Assembly (NCBI GenBank): GCA_001244265.2
Contig: CDLV01000011.1
Location: 558,001 to 622,000, forward strand
From: Microbotryum violaceum
Taxonomy: Eukaryota
Length of the DNA: 64,000 nt
Direction: 5' to 3'
A program made the position numbers and the translations under genes. The notes below the pieces were generated by a model, which was not told the DNA's origin, did not search any database, and saw nothing but the letters and a program-made list of their open reading frames with translations. Shown here piece after piece: positions 1 through 11,652 of the stretch; position 1 is the stretch's first letter, and each line of letters begins with the position of its first letter.

Positions 1-1539
1 GCCCAAAGTCTCTTGGGACTCCAATACTTGATCGTCGCACCCAGGATCAAGCCCGCGTCCTTGATCTTCCTCTCCAACTTGATACTCGCAATAGCCCGGT
101 TACCAAACTCGGCGTAATAACCTTCCGGACCGATCGAGGTCGCTTCGAAAGGGATGGCGAGAATTCCGTTCGCATCGATGGCGACTTGGTATCCATGGAA
201 AGAAGGGTCCGAAGCGGATTTTAGCATGCCTGCTACGACGTCTTCAATCTTGCCCAAAGGGATACCGAAGAGACCTGCGCGGTTCAAAGGCGCGATGATA
301 CTGGTGTCGATGAACCAAGGGCAGATGATGTTGCTGCGGATGTTCGCGGCTTCACAGTCGTAGCTGAGAGGTTGGATAGGACCATCAGCTGCTGAACATC
401 GACACAAATAGAGGCCTCGGCTGAAGATTATAATTGAACTCACTAAATGGATCGGAAGAAGCCCAGAATCCCATGCTTGGCCATCCCGTACATCGGACCT
501 TTGGGCAACCCATTCTGCGACGCCATCGACCCAAGGAAGACGAGCGCCTTGGACTTGTTCTTCAAGTTGCGCGCCAAGTGGTAGAATCCGATACGGGCGG
601 TGTACATCGCTCCGAGGAGGTTGACTTCGATCGTCGTTAGGACGGGTTCCTATTGGGGATGATAAAGGAGGATCAGCACGTCACTTTAGACAGCATAAGT
701 TCAGATGGTGGATGAAATTTCCTCACCTTGAGCTTGCCCTTGGAATCGAATTCATCATGCATCAACTCGCCACATTCACCCACACCAGCATTCGCAACGA
801 CGACGTCAATCACCCCATGGTGTTTGATCGCGAAATCGAACATTTCGATCTGCGAATCCCACGAAGCGGTGTTGCACGGTTTCGGGTACACCTTGACGAG
901 GCCGCCGTTGGTTTGGATCCTGTGACCGGTCTCTTGGACGGCTTTGATGTTTAGGTCAGAGATGACAACGTGGGCGCTGTAGAGTTTAGAGAGTTTGTAT
1001 AATCCGATCAGTAAAAGATTTGGAAGTTTGATGCTGAAAATGCGATGATGGTGGAACAACTGACCCATAGCCCGCGGCTTTCTCGGCGAAAGCTCGGCCA
1101 AACCCAGACCCGGCGCCTGAGCCGGCGAAGACATCAGATGATCCGATCCGGGGTAAAGGCGAAGGCAAACGCGACAAGGGCGACAAGAGATCAGTTACCC
1201 GCGAAGCTAATTTTCACAAGAACATAACTTCCCTCTCGTGCACTTACCGGTGATGACGACGGTCTTGCCCTTGAGGTTATGACCGGTCTTCTCTGTCGAG
1301 GCCGCGTCGATCGCCTCGGCATGCTTTTGAATCGCCGCCCTGAATCCACCATGAGCGGCTTCGTACGCCCCAAGACTAGGGTTGGACTTCTCGAGGTCTT
1401 GTTCTGCGATCGTGGTGACGCCTTCGACTTCGGCGGGACTGGATGATCGGGTAGCGCTGGAGCCGGACCCGGTCGAAGTGGGGGCGGCACCACTGGAGGA
1501 GGATGACGTCTTGGCTTTGGAGGAAGTGGGCTGGGACAT
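1..1539 (-). CDS. Short-chain dehydrogenase/reductase (SDR), multi-exon, 3' end runs off the window
   Basis: Spliced translation gives KGKTVVITG|AGSGFGRAFA (TGxxxGxG), DVVVANAGV, FLGSMAS and PMYGMAKHG (YxxxK); GT-AG introns; ATG at 1539; TATA-like tatatat near 1697-1703. Confidence 0.9.
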
Positions 1540-1952
1540 GTCGTTGAGGTTGAAGTATTGCAGTGACTGAGATTAAAAAGTGGGTAGTCGGGGAAGTTGA
1601 GAGGACAGAGTTGAACCGTCTGGGGACACGGGTCTCCCCAATGTGATCGACTTCGTGAAATTCGACGGCGACGGCGACTTGGTGAACGCCGGTGGGTATA
1701 TATGTTCCGGCCGGGAGGCTGCCGGCTGCCGTCTACCACGTCTGCCGGCTGCTCGGTGGCCAACCTGGGGCGCGTGGTCTGTCGAAAGTCTATCACAAAA
1801 AGAGAACGATGGATAAAATTTTGACAGAGATCGTGAAATATATTATTGAGATGTAGGTAACAGAGAAACACCCACGACAATCATTAGTTGTCTAGCTGCT
1901 TCTGCCAGGTCTGGACAAAAGAAAATGCACGCACACATAACCGCTCTACTCG

Positions 1953-2370
1953 CTTGTCACTTTGGGCTCACATAAGGTCGGCTTTTGGGCCCGCGTCGGA
2001 GGCACTCTGGTCCCACGTCGGAGGCATTCTGGTCCCACGTCGGAGGCACTCTGGTCCCACATCGGAGGCGACTCTGGTCCCACACGGGAGGCGACTCTGG
2101 TCCCACATCGGAGGCGACTTTGGGATCACATCGGAGCGGACTTTGGGATCACATCCGAGGTCATTCTTGTACCACGTTCATGGGAACTTTGGTACCACAT
2201 AGTGTAGAGGCCTGTATCTCTTGCAATATGTGATGTATCACTCTGGGGAATGTAGTATGATGTATGTACAGGTCTATAGTAATTCTGGTGGGTGAGACGA
2301 GGCGGACAATGCAGTAGTTGCTACATCGGGGTTCTTCCCCGCTGTGCCGCTCCGCGCCCGTGTCAGCGGT
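1953..2370 (+). repeat. Left inverted repeat: 9 tandem 22-23 bp units (consensus CGGAGGCGACTCTGGTCCCACAT, 1997-2200), ~2 degenerate outer units and a ~170 bp non-repetitive inner part
   Basis: Units start at 1997, 2019, 2041, 2063, 2086, 2109, 2132, 2155, 2178; 2087-2200 matches the reverse complement of 11494-11607 with one mismatch; 2201-2370 aligns less perfectly with 11321-11493. Confidence 0.9.
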
Positions 2371-2811
2371 TAAACCTTACGCCGATCGTCACGAGGCAGC
2401 AAGCGTAGCTTGCAATAATATCATAGGGTGGAGCAAACGTTTTTTTCTTACTGACTAGAATACTTATGTGGTAATGGCATAATCACTACATGGGTGAGCT
2501 GTAGTGTTCCTTAGGCCTGCAATCGTTAGCACCCTTATTCGAGAAAATTCAAACATTCGGCGAAAGCCCTGGGGCCGCGCCAAAACTCGCAGGCGCTCGT
2601 CGTTTGACGGGCTACACCGGCAAACTCACGAATGCCCCTGAAAGCAGCTCCTTTCCTCAGAGCTTCACACGCTCACTGGTCTTTCCCCCCACTCTCTCTT
2701 TCTTCTCAAACATAAAGTCCTCACGTAAACACTCCTCCCTATCTTAGTCGCGCGGAAATACTGTGCATCTCGAGCAAACGACGCCCAGTGAAGGGGTTAC
2801 CTTCAAGGTAG

Positions 2812-5800
2812 ATGGCGCCAGTCGCACTCATCATGTCGACAGGAGAAATGAGCCAACTGCTCCAAAACAAAGGGGGCCGACCACCCATCGCGTTGCAGGA
2901 ACAAAGCTCCCCAGAGGGATACGCATCGGAAGTTGACTCGGAAGTGGATGAGGATGAGGACAGTCTGCAAGTCTTGGCAGCTTTGGTTCCGGTTCCCTCA
3001 AAGTCGTCGATATCTAGCCCCTCCGCAGTCTCGGGGCTTTTAATCTCTCCAAAGAGCCGTTCGAGAGACTCCGACGAGGATTCGGCAGACGAGGGTTACT
3101 ACGGAGTCGACGACGACAATTCGGACGAGAAATCAATTGACAACATCTTCTCGGCACTACTCCTGGCTCGGAACGACAAGAAGATCCTTGACCGGCACAC
3201 GTACGAGCCCTCTCGACAGGACAAAGATATATCGAACACGACGCGCGAGGCAATTTTCTCAAACATGATCCTCACGACTGCAGAGCACAGCGAGCTCCGT
3301 CTCAGGCCGCTTGTTCTCAATTGTCGCAAGCCGAGGTCCGAATGGGAATTTGTACGCAAACTTCCTGTCCTGGAGCTCCCAAAGTTCATGGCTACAGAGG
3401 TATGTTGAAGCTGCATGCTGCGCTGCGTTTTGTTTCGTCCTGTGAACGACCTAACTTTCATTGGTGCGATCTATTAACAGAAGCATGACTGGGCTCCACG
3501 CAAATATGAACGCTGTCTCGCTGTCGTCGAGCGACCTTACGGTGACGCGCCCTCGTCTAATAATCATCAACATCCGTCGGAGGTGGCAGTGGGGATCGAA
3601 TGGCGTCCGGAAGTGCCTATCACCCTTCGAGAAGGTTGGAGTCAACCCGGCGAAGGTCGACCTAGTAGAAGTCAATGTGACCGTGCACCAGTCCGCCCGC
3701 CATGGCTCTCAATTTTTTTTTTTGTATGAAACTCATCGCTAATTTGCAAGACGAGAAACCCCCCTACGGAACTAAAGGTGATGTTGCCCAGTATGCACGT
3801 TGATGACCACAACCGCCGCTCGATGCGTTGTAACTAGCAGAACAGACCAACCCGATACATCCGAGTTCAAGTCCCCCCACCCACGGTTGCTCCCTCCCAG
3901 AGACGAATGAAAGGAAGATTGAAGATAATACACGGGGAATCTGGAAACGATGGAAGAAATGTTGGTGGTGGTACATGTGTTGTACAGGTGAATCCGATCA
4001 TAGTTGTACAGTTGAACCTTCTTCGATCTTTTGACTTCAGACCCCCCTGAGACTGCCATACTCCTTGAGGCCCTTAATTCTTTGAGACGCGTCGAACAAG
4101 GCCTCCGATGGCACAAACATCCCGCTCAATCCGAATGATTCACGTGGTCCAAAAGGGGGAATGTAACCCCTGCGACCGCAGCAATCACATACCCCTTGTA
4201 CCCGTCTGCGCTGGATCTCCACCGCGGAGTCCAACCCCCTTTTCGGTTACCAAAGTCTGCCCCCCTCGCGACCGCACGACCCCAGATCACCCCCATTTCA
4301 ATGACTGCAACTGCGAAACAGGCCTACTTCGCACAAAAACACACAATCCAGAGATTTCCGGGGAAAGTCATGGAGCATGTGACAGTCCATTGGACACGCC
4401 TCGGTCTGCAGCGCGGGCGGGTGGCCGTCAACACCGGCGCGCAGCTGGAGACAAGAGGCGGGGTATACCTTCCGCAGGGGCCTCGCTTCCCTGCGGCGTA
4501 CTCCCAATCTCGGAACGCACACTCGAGTCCCGTTGTATGATGTGTGGTAGAACCACCGCCGGTGTGACTTGGGTGCACCGTCACATTCATCTATTCCCAC
4601 TGGTTGAGTAGCTCAGCGGTCAGAGCAACTCTGATTAATAGAGTGGACCTGAGTTCAATTCTCAGTTCAGCCAAACTTTCCTTTGTTTTCCAATTGACCT
4701 GTTGCGGAGGTTCTACGGATTACACATCGTTGCTCGGGGGCCTGTAAAAGAGTTCGGGTCAAGGATGGCAAACTTGGGTATAAGAAACGAGACAATGACA
4801 AGGACCCCGGGAAAACATGCTCTACTCAACTCAAGGTGATCATCCCGGATAGGAAATAAAAGGAGCTTGGGTTGGGTGGCTGATAAGACTCTCTGTTACC
4901 TTCTTCGTCCCTTGTGTAGGTCCTCGTTCAGGCCGACGATCTTTCATCGGCGCTGGTGTACACCCTCGGCCGCCGGAAGGACGCCAACCACCGCCGAACG
5001 TCCGACGTCCAGCCCCTTTCATTCGTGCGTTGACGCATCAGGAAGTCTTTTGACAGGCCAACACGCCCACGCTTGCATTTCAAAGTGAGTGTGTGCTCTA
5101 AGTTTGCACAAGAAGTTTTCACTTCTCAAGACTGACCATCAGTTCCTTTCTCGATGATGGACTCGATCATTTCACAGATATGAACCAGCGGATGTCGGTT
5201 TGGGAGAAACAGAACGAGATCATTCTCCCGAAGTACAGGAAAGTCGGCGCAAAGCAGCTGCGCAATATGTTCAGGGCAAAAGGTCGACAGAACGCGCAGC
5301 ATGGATCCGCCTTGTACTCGTTAGCTCGCACGGCTGAGCTGAGACCGTTCACCCTTCAAAATGCAACGGAGCCCAAGACACGCGGAGTGGCCTAGTGAGT
5401 GATCACGATCTAAGCTGCTTGCCGATCTGATGAGCTAACAAGCGGCGGAGGTATTTACCCTTGTCAGCTTTCAACCTTTTAATGAGAAAACGAAGCAGCC
5501 GTTGATCTGCGTCCTTGCCTCCCTCCACTCCATCGACGTGTTGATTTCCTTCGCCACAGTTGGGAACGATTCAGGCGATTGGTCGCGGTTTGTTGGACTT
5601 GACTCAAGCTGGCGATACCTGAACGAGAACCGCGCCCCCCTCACCGCCCTCGTCGCGACTGGCTTGAAAGACAAACTTGCGCTAGGTGAGAGCCCGGGAA
5701 GCACTTGAAAGGAAGGTCCGGACGAGTACAAAGACTCATTTCATCGCTTATGTATTGTCTTCTTCAGGTCCTATGCTTTTCTCCAGTGATGTGAAGGCAG

Positions 5801-8800
5801 ATACTCTCGTCATCTACTTGGACACGGTAAAGAGGCTGGTCGAGGAGGGCGCCGCGATCCTTGTAAGGAGTGCGTTGTAAGATGGGTCGACCAGGGTGTG
5901 CTGCGCGTCACGAAAGTTTTGAGAGGAGTCGCTCACGCCCTTCTGTACCGTCGACGATTTGCATGCGTACTTCAGAAGCTCGTGAGAATGGGCCCAATCT
6001 ACCCGGCTCGTCCCCCAGGTCGCCAAATCTTCTCCAAAATGCCGAATTCATCTTGGAAAATCAGTGGCAACCACCAAATTTCATGATCGACAAATGTCGG
6101 ACTGAGCTCAACGCCTTGACACTCTGTAAGCGCTGCTGCTTGCTAGGGCTACTATATGAGATGTGCAGACTGCTCTCACGATTTTGAATTCCTGATGATC
6201 GTCGTCTTCTGCATCTACGTTACTATAGGGAAAGAAAAGCACAACCTCAACTTTCACATACGCCTTTGCCAATTCCACGTGGTTCAGGCCATTATTCGGT
6301 GGTCGAGTGACAGGAATGACGGCGAAAGGGGCAACACCCTCAAGCCTTCTCGGATTGCTCGCAAGACGTTGATCAACCTTTTGTACGAATTTCGATCCAT
6401 CATCCAGCGCTTTCGTTTCATACGCACCGAGCATGAAACAGATGCCGAGGCGACAGCCCGGCGCTCGGCTGAGATCGAAGGGAAGAAGCGGGCGTTCTTT
6501 GAAAAATCGGACGCATGGATCGACAAAGAGTTCCGAAGTCGTCGCAAGCCAGCAGCAAACAAATCAGACGTCACCAAGAAGTCGGAACTGGGTTGCAACA
6601 GCCGAGAAGAAGAACAATTACAGGCAAAGAAGGATAACTTTCGGGCGTATTTCAATGTCAACTGGTTCGTACAAGAGTGGATCGGTGAGTCTTACTTATT
6701 CCTTCTTTACGTGTTCTCTCACAGTTTTTTGGCTCACGCATTTCCACAATTCTGAAGAAACATACACAGATGATGGTTTACCCCTTGGCGTTTCACGGGA
6801 AACCATCAACACCAACAACGTGACTGAACGTGCCTTCAAGACCATCCAGCAAGAGCATCTCCACGGCCGAGCCAACAAGAGGTATTGCGTAGCACCGGAC
6901 TCAAGGAGCGAATCTCGACGGAAGAGCTGACAATTCTGCTTGCGCTCTGGTTTTCTGCACCTGCTAGGATCGACAATCTCGTTGTGGTCTTACCCGACAA
7001 TGCTCTAGTTTATGACATTTGGAAGGACGTATCGAATGCAAAACCGGGTCATGTTCTTCGAGATACTCTGGCAAATTCGATGGACATCTGGGAGCTTGGA
7101 CAGTTCCGCCCTACCGAAAAGGAGGGCCAGTGGGTGCTTAGTTTACGGTGAGGTTTTATGGGTACCAGTGCCTTGGCTACCAAGCCCTTACTGACGCGAG
7201 AATGCTTCGGATTTCAAACTCAGATCCTTGGATTCATCAATCACTCTTGATACTCGCGCGCCTTATTGTCCTTGTCGCGCTTTCAAGCAAACAGGAAATA
7301 AATGCGCTCATCTTTGGGCGTGCGATCTGCTGATTCAGAATGGCGACTACCACACAGCGATGAGTGCGTCCGAAAGCTTTGATCGCCCTCGTAGCGGCTT
7401 CACAAGCCTACGATCTGACAATTGGTGTGGGATTTCTCTTGCAGACCGCATCATGGCAGCAGCAGCAGCGGCAAAAGCAGTGTCGGACATGCGGGACGGA
7501 ACAAAATCAAGCAAGCTCCACGAGGCCTCCGTCGAAGCCTTGGTCGACAAAGTATTGGACTCTAAAATGCCATCGGCTTTGGAGGACGACAACGAGCCAG
7601 ACGAGCCCTTGTCAGAGGACGAACTCGACGAACGCGACGAGGTGGATTCGGACGTCGAGGACGAGGACGAACGCGCTGCCGATATAGCCAATGTTGCTGA
7701 ATTTCAGCCCAACTGATCAACTGTCAAAGGTGAGCAATGTCTGAACGCCTTGCCGGAACGGAGACTTCCGTTCCAATCTGGTCTTGTTCTGTCACACAGG
7801 CGGATCAGCCAGGAATCGGCCATTGCAACCCCATCGTAGCAAGAAGACAGCCAAACCGAAACTCTCAAAATCGAAGTCAAATTCAGGGGACACGCTCGAG
7901 CACTCGGGGAGAGTCGATGGCAAAGCAACGGCAGCAATTAGACGTTTGATACGCGACAAGCTCAATCCTGATCAACTTCGTCCAAAAACTTCCAAACACA
8001 CCATCTTTGAGAACGGAACCACTCAGTTTGGGAAGACCCGTGGACGCCCACGTGAGACGAAATTTTTCAACAGCTTATCCTCGACCAAAGATCACGCGGC
8101 TGCCAAGCGAATGGCGGCCATTCCCGAGGTCATAGACTTCGAAGAACTGAGCGACGACGAGAGGCCACCATGCCAGCTCGCGCCGTTACAAGAAAGACGT
8201 CTTCCACTCGACATCTACGATACAGTTCAGCCGGAGGAGCGCCGAAGCAATGTTTCCGCCGTCAAGGACATTATCAAGCGCATTCCCAACGAGGTTCAGA
8301 AGGTTGATTGGGACGTATTCCTCGACATTCACGCCGGCGACCACGCACCAGGCCTGAACTTGAGCTCCTTGCGCGAAATGGCCAACGCCAATTCGTGGTT
8401 CAGGGCTTCGCACATCGATGCTTTCAGCAGCGCTATCAATCGGTTCCAAGGCCAATTGCCTTTCAATGGTCGGTCAAAAGAGGTTCTTGACCTTGAACCA
8501 ACATGCTACGCATTCTATCTCGAAGGAGGAAAGCGCGCCAAGGGAATTGGAGGCACTCGACCAACCGAGCGGCAGCAGGGGGTGAGTTCGGATGGGAGTT
8601 CGCGAGCATATCTTTCTATCATCATTGACAGGAGGCCTGCCTCTTTGTTTGCGCTGCCCCTTTACCAGATTATCCTTTCTCGGACACCAGTTCTACTCTT
8701 CCCAACTCATGTCACCAATCATTGGATACTTGTCGAGGCACGCCTTTCGGATTGTACATTTCGGGTGTACGACTCTCTTTTTGGCAGGGAGAACATGCGC

Positions 8801-9393
8801 AAGGAGGCAAACGAAAGTCTCGATGTGAGTTCATCCCCATGACCATCACAAAGCACTTTCAAAGGCGCTCAAACTCTGCGCAGATGCTGACGTCATTCGC
8901 CCTTTCTGCCTGCCAGTCAATCATCACTTTCTTGGAAACTCGTGCAGAAGGACCGATAGAGCGCATCACTGGAGGCATCGATCGACCGACGGTCCCGTAC
9001 AGAAATTGGAAGCGATTGATTGTCAAAGCGGCGAAGGCCGGCGATCAGCCTCAACCGGATAGATATCCTCAACAGACTGATGGCAACGCGTGTGGGGCGT
9101 TCGTGTGCCGAGCGATGGAAACCCTAGTATGCGCAGCAGTCGCCAAAATGGAACCCGATTGGAGCTGGGGCCCACAGGTTGAGCCGGGAAGATTTTATTC
9201 GGAGTTTCGAGACTATATGTTGGATGTCACCCTGCACTCTCGTCTACGATGCGACATGAGCTCGTCTTGGTTTTCGGGCTCGCCGGAGTCTCCAACCGTC
9301 TCGTGTGCTACTCGTGATCCAGACAACACAATGGATAGCAGGAAGCCTCATGGCAATACACAGACTGGAGATCACGTCGGTGAGTTCGAATAG
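2812..9393 (+). pseudogene. MULE transposase fused to SWIM zinc finger and Ulp1/C48 SUMO-like protease; ~15 exons; frame broken by in-frame TGA codons
   Basis: DDE core: FVGLDSSW (D1), FMIDKC (D2), IRLCQFHVVQA (CxxH), NTNNVTERAF (E); SWIM CPCRAFKQTGNKCAH; Ulp1 triad NHWIL / YDSL / QQTDGNACG; N-terminal HRCSGAC...C...H zinc-type motif; TGA at 4136 and 7714, possibly 5031. Confidence 0.8.
4602..4673 (+). tRNA. tRNA-like gene (72 nt) with TTA at the anticodon position and a non-canonical anticodon loop, inside a transposase intron
   Basis: Acceptor GGTTGAG/TTCAGCC+A; D arm GCTC-AGCGGTCA-GAGC; anticodon arm ACTCT-GATTAAT-AGAGT; variable GGAC; T arm CTGAG-TTCAATT-CTCAG; A box TAGCTCAGCGG, B box GTTCAATTC; TTTT at 4686-4689. 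Confidence 0.8.
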
Positions 9394-11320
9394 GATATTG
9401 AAGCTCCTGCATGCTCTATTGTCCTAAGGAGCTCTGCTCTTCTCCTCCTCATGTCCCTTGTTGTTTCGGAATGACTCACCCCTGATCTCATCACCCGGCC
9501 ATTGTTTCGTGCGCAGGCTACTGTGGTAGTGCTAAACGGTTGCGATTGGAACTTGTGCGCCGAACGCAACAGGAGAGGAGAGAGAGCGACGACGGGGACG
9601 GGCCGTACGCGAGAGGGGCAAAGCGCGCGCGGGGAACTGCCGGCGCCAAGATGGGAGAAAGGGGAGGAGAGAGAGTTTGAACGGGGACGGGGACGAAAGA
9701 CTCGGAGACTTGGACGCTTGAACACTTGAACACTTGAAAACACACACACACTCAAATTCCCAACAATGAAACCGTGAGATCTAACCAGCACCAACCGTAT
9801 GGCCTGATTCTTCCTGAAGTGATCTACCTAAGAAAGAGAGCAAACCGAGTCCCGTCGAGCCACAAAAGTCCCCAAGTCCCCCTTGTCCGTTGCGCTGTCC
9901 CGAAGCGGCCCGCCGCCCCCTCTGCTCTGCTACCTCCTACAATTCGCAAGCCTTCCGAGGTACCAGGATTCTCGAACTCGATGATACATGTGATCATTGA
10001 GATGTTTTGATAAACTAGTTGTACTTGTCCTTCGTTCGATCCTCTGCCTCTTGTACCCGAAGGTGTCATTCGGACAATTTGAGACTTCTCTCCTTCCGAT
10101 GCCTTTGGCGTTCGCGAATGGACTAGGGTAGCCAGAGCCAGGAGTCGACTAGCGCTCGGGGACAGGATCGGTCGTCGCGCGCGCGGGTAGGATTGCCTCA
10201 TCCGGCGCCGGGTCAATCGAGTCACAGTTGTCGTCGGTGAGTCGTCGGTCGTGCACAAAGAAGATACGGCCATCAAAAGCTTGGGTCGAGAAGGTCACAC
10301 TCGTCGCAAGTGGCGCTGTGGAGGGAGCATGCCGAACCATCGAACACCCGTTTACACCCGTTTAGCGCGGCGGAGCTCGGCAGTCAATTGGGTGCACGAT
10401 CCGGAGTACCACGCTACAGCAGTGACGACGCGGAAGAAGTCTCACAACATCACAGTAAGTTCCAGGACAGAAAAAGCAACTTCTTGGCTTTGCTCGTGCC
10501 CTTGATTCCAGATTGTCACTCAATGATCCTTCCTCTCTTCGTGTCTGCGCCGCTCTAGTTTCCACCCCTGTGTCTACGAGATCCGCAACCTTCGAGGGGT
10601 CGAGACTTGCAAGGAATGTTTCGTTCTCTGCTGACACAGTCATTATCCAGCACCCACAACCTGGCGGTTTGTCACACGTGGAATCTGTACAAGGAAACAA
10701 CATGTCCACAGCACGAACTCGTCTTGCATCGGACCAATCCGATTCGCCCCTAAACCGACCAACGCTCGCCTTTCCTTCATTTTCGCCAGTATTCGCCACG
10801 CGCGACATCGAACACCTACAAAGAAATGCAAGTACTCTGCGGTTCCTCAAGAGAGTATCCCTTCCGCTGTTGTTACTCCCAGCAAGCGGCGTCATTCGGC
10901 AGCGGAAAGCGTGACCCCGAGCTCCAGTCGGCGGAAAGCTTGCTCGCAATGTCGAGACCGAAAGTTGAAGTGTGATCTAGATCATCCATGCTCGAAGTAG
11001 GTACAGTCTAGTATTTCATCATACGAAGAAAGAGCTGACAACTGGTTTGTTCACTTTGAGCAGCTGCACTAAGAAAAGGAGAGGTAAAGCGAGCCAAGTT
11101 TTTACATGTGAATACGTTTAAATATCGTTCAACTGCAATGATCATACAAGCAAAAGTCCGCCGATGTCGAAGCGTGACTTATTAGAATCTGTATCTTCGC
11201 TCGATCTCTATAAACTGTTCTTCATGGATGAGAGAAGCGAGGGACCGGTGCCAAATCTGGTCTAATCCGAGTCGGCGCAATCACGTTCGGGAGTGTCGGC
11301 CTTGGCGGTTCGGGCGCCGG

Positions 11321-11652
11321 ACCGCTGGCACCACGGGCGCGGAGAGGCCAGGCGGGGCAGAATATCGATGTAGTAGCGACTGCTTCGTCCGCTTCGTCTC
11401 ACCGGCCAGAAGTACTATAGACCTATACATGCATCAAACTACTGTTCCCAGAATGATACATCACACATTGCAAGAGATACAGGCGTCTATACTATGTGGT
11501 ACCAAAGTCCCCATGAACGTGGTACAAGAATGACCTCGGATGTGATCCCAAAGTCCGCTCCGATGTGATCCCAAAGTCGCCTCCGATGTGGGACCAGAGT
11601 CGCCTCCGATGTGGGACCAGAGTTGCCATTTTCGGAACCAAAGTGCCCTGCT
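11321..11652 (-). repeat. Right inverted repeat: inner non-repetitive part plus 5 full and ~2 partial/degenerate 23 bp units
   Basis: Reverse complement of the left repeat; units at 11494, 11517, 11540, 11563, 11586, 11609 (partial), 11632 (degenerate). Confidence 0.9.

Larger units (their letters stand above)
1953..11652 (+). mobile_element. Mutator-like (MULE) DNA transposon, ~9.7 kb, with long inverted repeats; exact termini uncertain
   Basis: Inverted repeat pair ~1953-2370 / ~11321-11652 flanking a MULE transposase-SWIM-Ulp1 gene. Confidence 0.85.

Noticed and set aside
1997-2200. CRISPR-like array
   Set aside because: Units are directly adjacent with no unique spacers, the genome is eukaryotic, and the array is mirrored at the other end of a transposon
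1888-2233. ORFs 1888-2202, 1962-2207, 1985-2233 and 11487-11744
   Set aside because: Translations of the stop-poor tandem repeat, not genes
4108-4611. Cys-rich ORF 4108-4611 as the coding frame
   Set aside because: Splice phases on both sides fit the overlapping 4196 frame instead
4136-7716. TGA codons as selenocysteine
   Set aside because: They are not at Cys-type catalytic positions, the cloverleaf lacks tRNA-Sec features (long variable arm, TCA), and the local Gpx uses TGC
2812-9393. Zisupton/KDZ classification (also SWIM + Ulp1)
   Set aside because: Catalytic motifs (D..D..CxxH..TNNxxE) are MULE-type; no CxC/KDZ signature recognised
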